From Batkoa obscura (taxonomy: Eukaryota), in the NCBI GenBank assembly GCA_030770535.1, contig JASVEC010000010.1, forward strand, positions 186,001 to 250,000: a stretch of DNA of 64,000 nt, given 5' to 3'. The translations under genes and the position numbers were made by a program. How positions within the stretch are numbered: position 1 is the first letter of the stretch; every line of letters begins with the position of its first letter. Under the pieces are notes generated by a model that worked only from the letters and a program-made list of their open reading frames with translations, was not told the origin of the DNA and ran no database searches. Below are positions 42,342-55,709 of this stretch, piece after piece.

Positions 42342-43334
42342 ATAATATAAAATTGTTTATATATATAACCTTTGTAAATTATAACTTAAACAACTCTTTT
42401 ATATTTAATAAGGGTTTTGTAGAATTTATTAAAATAGTGGATAAACTTTGATACATTACTTAAAAGCAAGTATTTTAAACACATAAGCATGTGTATCGTT
42501 TTTGTTTTATATATAATAGCTGGAGGTATATTTTATTTAAATACATTTTCGAAGACTGATAGAGCAAATCAGCCTTTAATACAAGATCGAATTATAATTT
42601 TTGATGTCTTAGATTTTAGTATATAATAGCTTGATTCAAAATTAAAGCTTTATTGGGATCATACTCCAAAAATCATTAAGGTTGATTGTTTTGATAGTAA
42701 CCACTATAGCTGATATTTAAAATAATTATTAGTATCTCATACGATATTATATAAGTCATTCTTTAATCTAGCTTTGTTTAAAGCCATCATATAAGGTAAT
42801 TCTCGTTCCAATTTATGCTAAACTTAAATTTGTCAATTCCTACAATTAAATATAAATAGAAAATAATCTCAAAAGGCGATAGTTGTTATGCTTATAGAAA
42901 AGGAAATTTGAATTTAAGGAGTTTTAGAAATAAGAAAGTGGTATACAAAAATATCCACCACCCCATTACCATTATTGAAGTGGAAATAAATTTGAAACAT
43001 TCGCTTGATTATTAATACCAAGAAGTATTAAAAATAGACGAAGCCACATCTCTTTAATTTTATTTTAGTAGTAAAAACATCATGTAGTTTTAAAGTATGC
43101 CTTTTGAGCAATTACAATAAAAACCATAAACCCTAAAGAACTTCTAGGATCCTACATATCACACATTGTTATATATCGGCCTTTATCAGCCTTAATTATA
43201 TACTTAAATCAGATTATTGTTTTATATTTATTTATTTTTGGATTTTGAATGTTTTTTCTAAAAATCAAATATTTTCTTTTCCACTAATATTTTAATTTTG
43301 CATCGTGTGAAATAAATGGTTGCGTTCTACATAT

Positions 43335-43432
43335 GGGGATGTATTTTGTGTTTAAGAATTTTACTAACAAACTTTCCGCTTAAATAGCGCTTAAAAAATG
43401 GAAAAAATAATGAAGTCAAAAAAAACACTCCC
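43335..43432 (-). mobile_element. ~98-bp MITE
   Basis: Consensus match; ATAT flanks. Confidence 0.92.
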
Positions 43433-45101
43433 ATATATTAAATTATATTAAATAAGAAGCTCATAAATTATTATAAGTCCATACTATCGCTTAACCATCC
43501 TCATCTGATCGTTTGTGATAAATCAAATTGCTTTATTTCAATCGTGAGTATATAATAGTCATTTAAATGAATAAAAAGTGGTCATAAATGTATACAAGTG
43601 ATCAATTAACTAAGTGATAGCATTAAATTTAAAGCTGTATGCTCTATATGATCTTAATATATATAAAAATTGAAAAGTACAGCCCCTGATAACATGGTAA
43701 TATACAAATTTCATATAGCATATTTGAAAATCTAGAACATACAAAATAACCATTCAGTGTTTCAACCCTTGATAATAAGTAAAGCATAGTTTTCTATTTC
43801 ACAAATATTCCTCAACTTTAATCTGTTTAATTTAATAATTCCTGAATTATTTTACCAAGCTTTTAATTGATCTTCATAAATAAATATATTAACACTTTAT
43901 TAACGCTTAATGGACTGTTAATTGGTGATATGATTTTATCTTTAACGAAGACCTTAATCCCTCATAAAACTCGTATTTACTGTTAATCGAGTGGAAATTT
44001 ATTTGTTGAATAAACAAAACACACATTCTATAACACATTTTGTATTTTCATTTTTTAACGTTACTGAACTAGCACAGCGAAGTCGTATATTGGAGTCCCA
44101 AATACTCAGTGGTTCTAGATTAATTGTCAAGAGTTTCTGTTATTAAATAAATAAATAAAATTAATAATTACAGTCGTGGAATACAATTTTAAGAACTCAA
44201 AATGATAGTTTTGTGTATTAAAGCTTATCTATTAATAACCCCACCTGACTGACAACTACTTTATCTCGTTGAAACTTTATTACCACCTATTTTCAAAAAA
44301 TACCTTAAAGATATTAGTGTATGAAACAACATAGAAATTTAATAGGTAAGTAAGCAAGTTTGGCTCTTTTATTAAATATTTCAATTCTAAAGCTATCTTT
44401 ATGTAATATAATCAACTAAAAAATATATCAGCGTACTCTTGTTATTCAGGATTTTGTAAAAAATATAGTATTCAAATATATTCATCTATCATTTATAAAA
44501 ATACTTTGTCTATTGAAATAATCTGAAAATAACTATATATGTAAATTAAATAACAGATTTTTATCAATATCATAATTAATAAATATGGTTTTATTGATAT
44601 TTTATATTAATAGAATAAGAAAGACTTATTGTATCATACACTATATTTCCTAGAGCATCAATAATTTAGTAGAAAGTATTGGACGTTGAAAGATATTTCA
44701 GGGTTTTTTACTCAACAATAATATAATCCTATATAATACCTGAAGTCCAAAAGGTTATGGTAACATAATAGTATAGTGAAATAATTCTCGACACGATCAA
44801 TAGCAAATATTACTCTAATCTCATGATTGAAGGTTTATGTAAGTCTTATCTATTACACTATATAAAACCTTGCAAGCCTAACTTTTGTATTTGTAGAAGC
44901 AGTGTGAGTACCATGTTTAGCATATTTGTATTTTATTTTTAAAATCCATTATTTTAATTAAAATCATATGTGTAATATTACATTATAATATTTATCAAAA
45001 TAAATACAACTAATACAAATATATTTTATAATTTGAAGGTTATAAAATATTCAGTTTCTAAGAAACTAAAAATGAAACTGTTTGGTCTTTAGCCTATGTA
45101 T

Positions 45102-45200
45102 GGGAGTGTTTTTTTTGACTTCATTATTTTTTCCATTTTTCAAGCACTATTTAAGCGGAAAATTCGTTAGTAAAATTCTTAAACACAAAAATACATCCCC
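45102..45200 (+). mobile_element. ~98-bp MITE
   Basis: Consensus match; GTAT TSD on both sides. Confidence 0.92.
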
Positions 45201-46325
45201 GTATCATCAATTTTAAATATTTGAAGTTTTATATTAATGCAAGGAAGAAAAGCTACGAAGTTAAGATTGCTCTTCATTTCAGGAAATGAACCAAAGTTGC
45301 TTTAAAAGGATGTGAAGGATAATAGTATTGAATTTTTTTAGATAAATTACCTTTGTTTTCAATAAATAAATACAGTTGCTGTCCTTGAAAATTATAAATA
45401 AGTGATTTTACATTAAAAGCGACACTTAGTAAAACTTAATCAAAGCTATTTTAAATATGATAGATCTAGCATGTTATATTTGTTTTAGTTCATGAATGGA
45501 TTGCCTTATAAGTTCATAAAGATTAAAAATATACTTTGTCATTAATTACATCTGTTCTTGTATTTGGATATTTTTTACTGCTATTATAGCTCAAATTTAA
45601 ACTAGCCAAGAATCAAATCGATTTAACATTACTGAAATTCACTATTAAAAATATATTACTTATATATATAATATTGATACCAAAGTGTAATTTGATAGCT
45701 TAATAATAAATTTTAACACATACATTCAATAGATTCATCTTGTTATGATCATGATTATGATTATATACTTAAAGGCAGAGTTGAATGAATTTCTTGGGCA
45801 CGTTATATTTTTTTTCAATATTCAGAAGCAACTTTTAAGTAAATAGGTAAAGTAAAACTCAACAGTAATATTACCTTGATATTACTATTAAAGCAGAATT
45901 ACAAATAGTGAAGCTATTATTAAACTTGATTTTCTAAATTGGTCAAATTTTTTAAGAATGCCAATGAGCAGGAAATAATTAATTTAAATCTCTATTCCCT
46001 TTGTAATTTTGTATAACTTACTGTTATATTAAATAAACACCAAGTGAATTTTAAGCCTGAAGTTCTAATAATAGCCAAGAGTCTATTTAATTAAGATTAT
46101 TTATTTATGGATAAAAACTTTTATGACTTACATTATACTACAGTGTTCAAAGCATTCTAGATAAATCAATTGAATGTAATTTTGGCAATAAAAATTTCCT
46201 TATTAGTATTTTTGTTTCTAGAATATGTGAGTTATGGAACTCAACTAGTTACAAAAATCGACAATATATAACAAGCACAAAACCCCCAAAATCAAAATTA
46301 AACTTTTTATTCATCTACTACAAAC

Positions 46326-47184
46326 ATGAATCTTATAATTGACAGCCATTTTTCTCCTTTACATAAAACTAAGCGTTTTACTTTTATTAACAGGCTTATA
46401 AAGTAAACTATAGAAATATTTGTTATATGATAATTTTTCTGAACATTTATAGTATTCTTAACGACACTGCTTTTTCGCATATAATAAGTTGGTCTGAAGA
46501 TGGACTCTCGTTTATAATACACGATAAAGTGGAATTTCAAGGCCTTGTATTACCAAAATATTTCGATAGTAGTAAAATTGAGTCTTTCTCAAGGCAGTTA
46601 AATGTATAATTTTGTTGGATTTTTTGTATTATATATTAATTTATTTATAGTTATATGGGTTCCAAAGATCGTCTGATGGTAGAAAGCAGCGTAATGTTAT
46701 CTCAAAATCAACATCGTTCACTCACCCTTACTTTATTCGTGACAAACCATATCTTATAAAATATATAAAAAGAAAGAATAGCTCTAAAGGCCTAGAAATA
46801 GAAGGAAGCGTCCAAAGCTCAAAATCATTTAAAACCAAATCATTTAGTACAGAAAAATGTAATGACATAAGACAAGGTACATATGATAACGAACTTTCAG
46901 CCACAACCACTTGTTTAAACTCTAATATAGTATACTCCAACATAATCAATAGGTCTCCAACTTTTTATATTGACAATTATAATATGCACTCCAATCAGAA
47001 TTATCAAAATCAAAGTTTCATAAATCAATGCTATTCAAACCAGAATTATCTTAATCAAAATTATCCAAAACAGACCTACTCTCCTCAAGAGTATAGCAAC
47101 TTTAAGTTTAACTGTGAACCAGCTTACCTTCAACAAAATTCTTATGTACTCCCTTCTCAATCGTACTATCTCCCACTCCAATAA
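46326..47184 (+). CDS. HSF-type DNA-binding domain transcription factor, 3 exons
   Basis: FINRLI|.ILNDTAFSHIISWSEDGLSFII..VLPKYFDSSKIESFSRQLN|LYGFQR..FTHPYFIR..IKRK; Q/N/Y-rich C-terminus. Confidence 0.92.
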
Positions 47185-49440
47185 TTAATATGCTTATGGT
47201 AAGTTCCATTGATATTTGTTTTTTTGCAACTACCTTGAAAGCAAAACCAAATTCCCATTTCTATTTTTATGGCGTTTTTAGTCAATAGTGATGCTGTAAC
47301 CTTCTATTTATGAATGATTAAATAAAATAATAACTTATACTTTAAAAATTAGCTCTAAACTAAAAATAGCTTTTTGTAAATTTTTTTAATGTTCCATTTA
47401 CACTTAATCATAAAACAAATGTTACAAAGATCGTATCATTAAGCTCGTATTTAGTAGTTTGGGGTTATTTTATGACTTTTATTATACTTTTTAAGTAATA
47501 ACCTCTTATTTTTAAATCTTGAATTTCAAAATCAGAGTTAATGTAGCTTTTAGCAGCATTATCTCATATCTATTTTTTAATAAAAATAGACTAATAAATC
47601 TAATTAAAAGTATTCTAGGCTAAATTCAACTATTATAATACTAGCTTGAGAATATCGTATATATTATATTAATTTATGTATAAACAACAAGTCATTTATA
47701 CTAAAAATGGAAATGATATTATCAAAATTTTCTTATTTTTGAGTAATAGGCACAGCCCTATGTGGTATTTTATAGAAAAGGAATAAAAATAAGAAAATAA
47801 AAATTAATGAATGTGGACTTTTGAAATACCATACACATTGGTTTCATATCAGCGGGGGAGATCCTTATTTTAACATTAACTAGCTAAAGTTGAAAATATA
47901 AATTAAACGTATTGAAATTTACTAATCCTAGTTTTGTTTCGATTTTAAATTTATAGTTAAAAGAATTCCAAAACATAGTGGATTCTATTATATAATTTAA
48001 AATTGTTATGATCTTGTTATATTAGTATATAATGCAGGTATTCAATAATACAGAATGAAAAGAATACTAATTAATAAAAGCTAAATAATTTAAGGGCGGA
48101 AATAAACAGAACTTAACATATATTGTTTATTAGAATATTAAGCAAAAGTTTTACCACAAAAGAGTTAAAGCTTCTTTGATCCAAGTATTGCTCAAAAGTT
48201 GTATCATCAAAAATAAACTACTTGTAATTTGTAAGTCAATCCATTAGGCATATAATATATTAATAGTTTTGAAGTTCTTCGATAATCCATGAGTATTGAA
48301 AACAGTATTATTATACTAACTACTTCCTCAATTACTTAAAACTTATTTAAAGTGAATATACATGTTAAATATTTACTGGTATAATTGCTTTATACTATAT
48401 AAAGCTTTGAAAAAAATAAAATAACAATGATTTACGATTAACAGACTAAGTAAAGAGAAAAACCAAAACTACAGGAAATAAAAATAAAACTATTTCCGCT
48501 ATGCTTATGATTTAATACAAATTCTAATAAACCTTGAGCGAGTCAAAAGTTTCAAATGGTCTATTACAGAAAGATAAAATAAATCAGGACAGAACCCAGT
48601 GAACTAAGTGAAAAAATAAAGTTTAGCACTAAGGTTCACAGCTTAATGTATTTAAAAGTTCAGAGAAAATAAGTAAAGGTTCCAGCTATAAACTATAAAT
48701 TTAGTTGCAGAAGTTCGCCTTTTTTCATCATTTACAACATTAGTATTTTTTTTCAGTAGAGAATTAATATAAAGCGAGTGGAAATGCTAAGCGAAGCTGG
48801 GTAGCAAGATAGATGAGAATCTTTATTCACTCAAAACCTCTTTATACACCTTTTGTTTTCAATATTCAAATTTTTTGCTATACCATGCCTTTCTCACAAT
48901 CTATGGTTTATTCAAGCTTCGATAAAAAAACCCAATAAGTAACAAATGTTACAAAAGAGAAATATTTTGCAAAGACTAATAAAAAATAGACTATCTTTGA
49001 CAAAAAAATTAACAAGACATAAAGCTATTATTAAATAATTTTAACACCCTAACTATTATCCCACTTAAATGTACCCAAGTCGTTAATGTATAGAATCAAG
49101 ATTGTAAATATAATTCAGAAGTTATACGAAGCGAGCTTTTAGAATGCTCTTGCTTTAAACGTTTGGCATACTTTAAGCGAGTAAGAAGACATATGATTTG
49201 CTCTTGTACCTATCCTGAAATAACATGAAAGAGTTTCACGCGAATAATAAACTATTTAATACAGTCACCTATTTACAGCATATCTAATGTCATAGATAAT
49301 AAAATTATGAAATTTAATAAAAATACTATTGCTATATTCGGAAATTTACTTTTATATAGTTTTAGTAAGTGCAAATTTCCTAATTAGTATATTAGTATTA
49401 ATAACAGCGAGAAAAGCTTATTAGAATTGGTTTTTTCAAT

Positions 49441-49509
49441 ACAATAACACATATTGCTATATATGTCAGTTTACAATAACACATATTGCTATATATGTCA
49501 GTTTACAAA
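49441..49509. repeat. Perfect 32-bp tandem duplication
   Basis: ACAATAACACATATTGCTATATATGTCAGTTT twice. Confidence 0.9.
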
Positions 49510-50066
49510 AAAAGTATAGAAGCAGATAGTTTTTCAACATAAATCTCAAATGAGCCAAGGATCACCCAAAAAAACAAAGTCCAAGTATAAAAATTGACTA
49601 TATTGTTTTATTTACCATGCTTAGAAAGGATAAAAAATATTTACAAATTTTTATTTTCATTTTTTATATTTTAAATTTAAAAAGTTAAGCTTCGATATAA
49701 AAGAGTACATTCAAGTAGCTCACCTATTGTAGTATAATGTTTATTTAAGGATATCTATTATATAGTATTCTAAAACTCATGGATAATTTATGAAACGGAA
49801 TATTTTAAAGTTGCAACCATCTAAATAGCTAACTGAGATTAATTGTATAGTATTTGACCTTACCAAAAATAATTCTAGGCCAAGAGGCTAGCGGATGCCT
49901 TTTTTGTCGGAAATAATTAAGGCAATAAACATCATACCATTAAGGATTTCATATAAAAGCTAAAATGACTAATTTTTGTAAAAATAAATTTAGAAATTAT
50001 TTCCAAGGATATGATTGGTTGGTGTACAAATAATGAGCTTGTAACTTTGTTCTGAAATTACAATAT

Positions 50067-50164
50067 GGGGATGTATTTTTGTATTTAAGAATTTTACTGA
50101 CAATTTTTCCACATAAATAGCGCTTAAAAAATGGAAAAATAATGAAACTAAAAAAAACAGCCCC
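50067..50164 (-). mobile_element. ~98-bp MITE
   Basis: Consensus match; ATAT flanks. One end reads ACAGCCCC, identical to the transposon terminus. Confidence 0.9.
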
Positions 50165-50577
50165 ATATTCCTTCTAAAAATCCGAATTTAAGGCTTACTA
50201 ACTTAGATCATAAATAACGACACGTGAAAAGCGGGCAATTTTTTATGTTTGCTAAATTCTAACAATCCATGTTGAGAGGAGCTTCAATTAATAATACGAA
50301 CTTATTGCCCTCTTAAATCTAATTTTATTGTTTGAAGTAAACTATAGGTAACTATAGGTGAGAAATTTATACTATCAGTAATTAAAAATATATATTAATA
50401 TATATTCCAACAATGTGTTAATGGAGAGTTTGTCCAAAAGTAATAACTAATTGATAATTGATTAAATAGTAATAAATTAAGTAAAAATATTATATCTATA
50501 GTGTACCTAACTACCGTATTACTATTTGCTCTTTTTTAAACATGAAACAAACAACCAATATAAAGTATTCAAAATAT

Positions 50578-50668
50578 AAGGCTTTTTTTTTTTACTCCAT
50601 CACTTTTTTCAAGTGTTGTTCGAGTAGAATAACTGTTAGTAAAATTCTTGAATGAAAAACTACATCTA
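50578..50668 (+). mobile_element. ~98-bp MITE, degenerate
   Basis: TTTTTTTTACTCCATCACTTTTTTCAAG...TGTTAGTAAAATTCTTGAA...TACATC. Confidence 0.6.
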
Positions 50669-50892
50669 TATATTTATTCATTAGTATTAGTGACTTAAAA
50701 AAATGTGTGTTTTAGTTACATAAACTCATTCATGGCTATATAAATAATGTGTAAAACATTATAACTCATATATTAAATAAAACTAGTTAAAGTAGTTTAG
50801 ATAAAAATAAATAAAAATAGGTATGGTTTAATCTAACAAATTTTAATAAAGGTAAAAACTTAAAACTACACTGAAAAAATAAAAGGGTTAGA

Positions 50893-53229
50893 TTAGGTAT
50901 TTGGTTCATTATTATTTGTATCGCTTTTCTCATTATTTTCTTCTTTTCGGTCTTCATCCTTTTTGTTAATTAAATTCCCTATTACATTTGTTTCATCAAT
51001 TTGATTTTCAATTTTCTTTATCGATAGAGCAAGCTCTTTGACTGAGTTTAATATTGTATTAATAGAGTTCGATAACTTTTCATTTTTGATTAGTTTCTTT
51101 TGTGGTAGTTGATCTGAATTTTTTAAATTTAACTCATCATGTAAACCATATATGGATTTCCAATAAAAAAGATTCATAATTGTTAACAAAATCAATACCA
51201 CAGTGAGAGAATATGACTGTGGTAAATCATTAATATATTCTGCCACATCATTAAATGACTTTGATGCTAGATTCATCATAGCTGTCACTCCCGTAACGGT
51301 GCTATTTTGCTCAGGACCATTACTCTGATTACCGGTTTCTTCTTTCGGGGATGTGTTAATTTCATTGCTTCCTTTTTTACTTATTTGTGGAATAGAGGAA
51401 TCTAATAAATCAGATTTACCACTCAGGTATTTTTGTATCTCATTGTCAAATTCTTTAAAGTAAGTTTGGTTCCCATCTGTTATGCCTTTTTCTATTGCTG
51501 ACTTAAGCCAAGACGATTTTAGCCATTCACTGCCCCCAGTAACTACAACACGGGTTCCTCCTAAACCATCATTCATCATACAGAATCGTATTTTGGCTCT
51601 AAAAGATGAACCAGAGGGAACATCTAAGGATTCTACTGAGCTTTCAATGGTAGCATGATTTGGGAAATCAAAACCAACTTGCCTTTCCGTGACAATGCAC
51701 CTTGTTGACTTGGGTCCTAATGGATTTGTTAATGGCTTCACATACGTGATTTTACGTACTGGCCCATCCCACGGTTCCACTTTAACATCTGAATTAAACT
51801 TCGATAAAAATCTATAAAGCCACTCGGTTTTTTCTCCGAAAATCAAATTATAAAATTCACTAAGCTGCATATGTATAACTTTATCCAAAACCTTTGTATC
51901 AAGATGGCCAGTGTAATAGCACGGACATAAAGTTGCTTCGTCAGCTGTTTTGCTATTAGAGCTTTCAAAATCAAACTCTTTGCTGTTTGATGGCTCAGTT
52001 GAAATTGCAGCTGGATATAGGTTTACTGATTCTTGGTTTTTGTGAGTTATATCTAATGTAGGAAAATAAGAATCTTCAGTATTTTCGATAGTCTCTAGTT
52101 CCGATCTAAACGTATCAATTGATTTTTCTGTATTATTTGATGACGGACGTTTTAGATTTGTTCGAATATCTTTCCATAAGTTAAGTAGCTGCATGACCAC
52201 TGAGTCCCTATTTCTAAAAGAAGTAAACATGTATTTACGATGTAGTGTGTTGACCTGGATAGCACTTGGGATTACATAAGCCACATGTCTTTTCTCTATG
52301 AATACGATTTCAGAAAAAGGTATTGATATCTAGAAAGGGATTTAATATTGTAAATGTGATTCAAACTATTAAAACAAATTACCCTATTAACCCAGCCAAA
52401 AAGATTAGAATGAAATGAGACAAAGTTTTGAGTTACATAAAGTCTCCCTTGTACCAAAGTTCCTTTTTGAAGTGCACAACCGTAATCTATAATTTAATTT
52501 AATAAAGCAAAGTAATAAAGTATTGATAATATTACCAGAAACTAAAAGCTCAGATAATGGCATTGTTGGGAAGAGCGTATGAAAGTCGGAATTTTTTTTC
52601 TTGCTAACAGAATCCATATGAATCGCTTCATTTTGCGTTTGCGAACTTGAGTTATTAATACTAATCGAATCGCTTTGATCTCCATTTTTATCCTTTTTTG
52701 AATTCAAATTTTCTTCATCCATGTTATTTATATTAGCTGATTCATTTTTATGGTTTTCTAAACTTTCAGGTTCTTTTGGATCAATTGTTTTAGTTAATTC
52801 ATTAGAACCCTTCAGATCCAGGCTTGTTTCCGAACTTTTGTCAGATCTTTTATCACCATTTAGAGTTTTGATCAATTCATCTGTTAATGACAATGGGGAA
52901 CCTGGAGAAAACTCAAAAGGGTTGGCGTTACGAGGGAGAGATTTAGTAGTTAAATTAGGAATCATAGGCTTTGAAGGCTTTGCTTTGGCTAAAGGTAAAG
53001 TAAGCCCGTTACCTTGAATTTTAATTTTAGGGGTACTGAGTTGCTTTTTTTCCTCCGTCTCTTCGGCTATATGTGCTGACTGTGGCTCTTTTATATTAAT
53101 GTCCGATTGCGGCGATAAGGGGAAGCCTGGTGTACTAGGTGAATAAGGTAATGGTGCAAGCTTTTGTTTTGATTTCTTGCTGCCTCCGTTTACTGGTCCG
53201 GCAATTTTTAATTCATCTGAACTGGACAT
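50893..53229 (-). CDS. GRAM + VASt (StARkin) sterol transfer protein, Lam/GRAMD1 family, 3 exons
   Basis: KKNSDFHTLF, DYGCALQKELWYQGRLYV, FHSNLFGW, IPSAIQV..FTSFRNRD (GRAM); YVKPLTNPLGPKSTRC, DVPSGSSF, WLKSSWLKSAIEKG (VASt); C-terminal TM and coiled coil. Confidence 0.92.
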
Positions 53230-53741
53230 TTTATAGAACAACAATCTAAAAAAAATAAACTTTAAATTTATGGTTTCCACTTTTATGCTATTTCAAATTA
53301 ATTAATTACATAAAAAACAAAATTTCAAAGCCAATAGAATAAAGCTAAGCGCCAAGTTTCAACATTTGGTTATTTTTTAATTCGCTATGTAATCCTAACT
53401 TTAGGGAGGGGAGAAATTCCTTTACTTTTCTTAATCCTTTTTGACTGATTCATAACCCTGAATACATTTATACTAACCTTTATTTAAACAGTTGATATAA
53501 CAATATTATTTCAGCGCATCTTTTAAAACCTTCTTAAAATGACTGCCAAAGGTTAGCATAAAATTTGTAAAAAATACACTTTTTTGGATCTTGAAAAATA
53601 CTTCAAGGTTTGATGCTAAGAAACATAATAGCTGTCATAAAATCTCTTGATTTGATTTATCGTTCTAATTTCCTATTAGATCAAAAGTCAAAAAACTAGA
53701 AACATAAAATTAAAAAAACAATATTATAATAAAGCTTTTTA

Positions 53742-54293
53742 TTAATAACTATAAGTATAACAATTAGTAGGGCTTACAGTAATACATTTGGTTTCATAAT
53801 CAGTAACTAATACAGTTGATGTAACAGTTCCAGTTGAGCAATCTTTTGTGTAGCAAGTAGTAGGCTTAACGGTAATAGTTTTAGTATCAGTATTTGTCAC
53901 AGTCGAGGTTGAAGTAACCGTATCAGTGGGGCAGTGCTTAGTAGAACAGGTAGTAGGCTTAACGGTAATAGTTTTAGTATCAGTATTTGTCACAGTCGAG
54001 GTTGAAGTAACCGTATCAGTGGGGCAGTGCTTAGTAGAACAGGTGGTGGGCTTAATAGTTATAGTTTTAGTATCAGTATTTGTCACAGTCAAAGTCGAGG
54101 TTACTGTACTAGTAGGACAGTATTTAGTATGACAAGTAGTAGGCTGAACCGTGATTGTTTTAGTATTGGGACAAGTAATGATTATCGTAGATGTAGTAGT
54201 ATTTGTAGGACAATATTTTGGTTTACATTTCTCGATTTTATGAGAGTTCAATCTTAAAGAAATTGCGAGAACTAAAGTTAAAATTTTATACAT
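53742..54293 (-). CDS. Secreted Thr/Cys-rich tandem-repeat protein
   Basis: Signal peptide MYKILTLVLAIS.. followed by ~5 copies of a 31-aa unit TITVKPTTCSTKHCPTDTVTSTSTVTNTDTK. Confidence 0.85.
   Translation of the reverse strand: MYKILTLVLAISLRLNSHKIEKCKPKYCPTNTTTSTIIITCPNTKTITVQPTTCHTKYCPTSTVTSTLTVTNTDTKTITIKPTTCSTKHCPTDTVTSTSTVTNTDTKTITVKPTTCSTKHCPTDTVTSTSTVTNTDTKTITVKPTTCYTKDCSTGTVTSTVLVTDYETKCITVSPTNCYTYSY
53760..54225. repeat. 93-bp coding minisatellite
   Basis: TAGTAGGCTTAACGG at 53858 and 53951 (period 93); central units nearly identical, outer ones diverged. Confidence 0.9.
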
Positions 54294-55101
54294 TAATTTT
54301 ATAAATAATCGAAAAGTAGTTTAAATTTAATTCTGTTATTCTGTTATTGTTAGTTTTATACTTTAATTTTCATATCTCTTCACTTAACTTGTCATCATTA
54401 TAGTTTTAATGCTCTTTATCATCATAGCTTTAGTATTTTGAAATTTCAGTAATAAAAGGATTTCCTTTAACTTTCATTAAAATTCCAATATAGACAGAGA
54501 AGTGATAAATTAAAGAACACACTGCTATTTCTTATTATAAAACTTGTTTTTCACATAATATAAATTAATTTTAATTTAACTTTTAATTTACTCCATGATA
54601 AATAAATAACTTATTGAGATCAAGTAAAGTCTTGAGAATTAAGAAAATATTATAAAGCAAGTTCAAATTTTACATCATTTGAATAGAATTAAGGTTTTCT
54701 AATAGCTACTATTTCTAAAAATACATTTTGAGCTCTTTATTTATTAATTATAAGTATTCTGATTAAAATATAGCTGATTAAGACAAATCATAATAGCTAT
54801 TTTTAAATTATACAAAGATTGATTGATTCTTTGTACCAACTTCAAATCTTATTGTTACTTTGGATTTCGATTTATATGTAATAATTCTTTAATCTCGAAA
54901 TCAAATGTAAAATAAATTAAGTATTTTAAAATTAGCTATAAGACAATTATATATAATTTTTAGTAAAACATGTCATATTATTGTATTGTAATCAGTTTGA
55001 GAAGATTATGTATAAAAGAGAAGATTTTTAATCCAAGAAAATTAAAAACATTTAATATTTAAACAGACATTGAGGTTAATTTTTAACATCTAACAAGTAC
55101 A

Positions 55102-55269
55102 ATGAAATTTTTAGCTATAGTTTTCTTTGCCTCTTCAATCCTTTCTCAAGACTTGATAAATGATTGGAAACCTCCACATTGCCCTCCACGTCCAACTACC
55201 TATGTTACTAGCACTACTACTACATATGTTACTAAAACCGAAACTAAGCCTTGTCCAACTTGGTGGTAA
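55102..55269 (+). CDS. Small secreted Thr/Pro/Cys peptide (55 aa)
   Basis: MKFLAIVFFASSILSQDLINDWKPPHCPPRPTTYVTSTTTTYVTKTETKPCPTWW*. Signal peptide, TATAAAAG ~90 bp upstream, AATAAA downstream; below the ORF-track length cutoff. Confidence 0.8.
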   Translation: MKFLAIVFFASSILSQDLINDWKPPHCPPRPTTYVTSTTTTYVTKTETKPCPTWW

Positions 55270-55709
55270 TTAGCTTAATAATTGTGCTATTATACCTTAA
55301 CAAGGTTTATCAAGTTTTCTAATAAATCTTAATTTAACTATGTTTGTGTTATCTGGTTTTTTTATGATTTTTTAGATGTTTATGTTTTTAATGTATATTT
55401 TAATAGAGGTTTTTAAATTTAAATCGGTTATAAAACACTATTAAGCAGAATAGTAATAATATTTATAAGCTATATTAGAATATACTACTAACAATGAATT
55501 TATTGTATATTTGGTAAGTGTCTTTTGAATCATAAGCTAATAAATGTTAATAGTTTTTGTGAAAATAATTTAATATGCTGTTTGTATAATGCGTCAAAAA
55601 TAGCTAAGTAAAAACCTTATCATCGTTAATTGAAATAAAATAAATCATGATAATCATTAACTATACTATTATTTAATATGTCTATTAATTTACAAATACT
55701 CAATAATTA

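Noticed and set aside
46214..46225. TTCTAGAA upstream of the HSF gene as an autoregulatory heat-shock element
   Set aside because: Only two nGAAn units, and the 8-mer is expected by chance in AT-rich DNA.
48540..48830. Possible Pol III ncRNA (GTTCG followed by a T-run, small stems)
   Set aside because: No tRNA cloverleaf or RNase P/MRP, snRNA or SRP consensus motifs could be identified.
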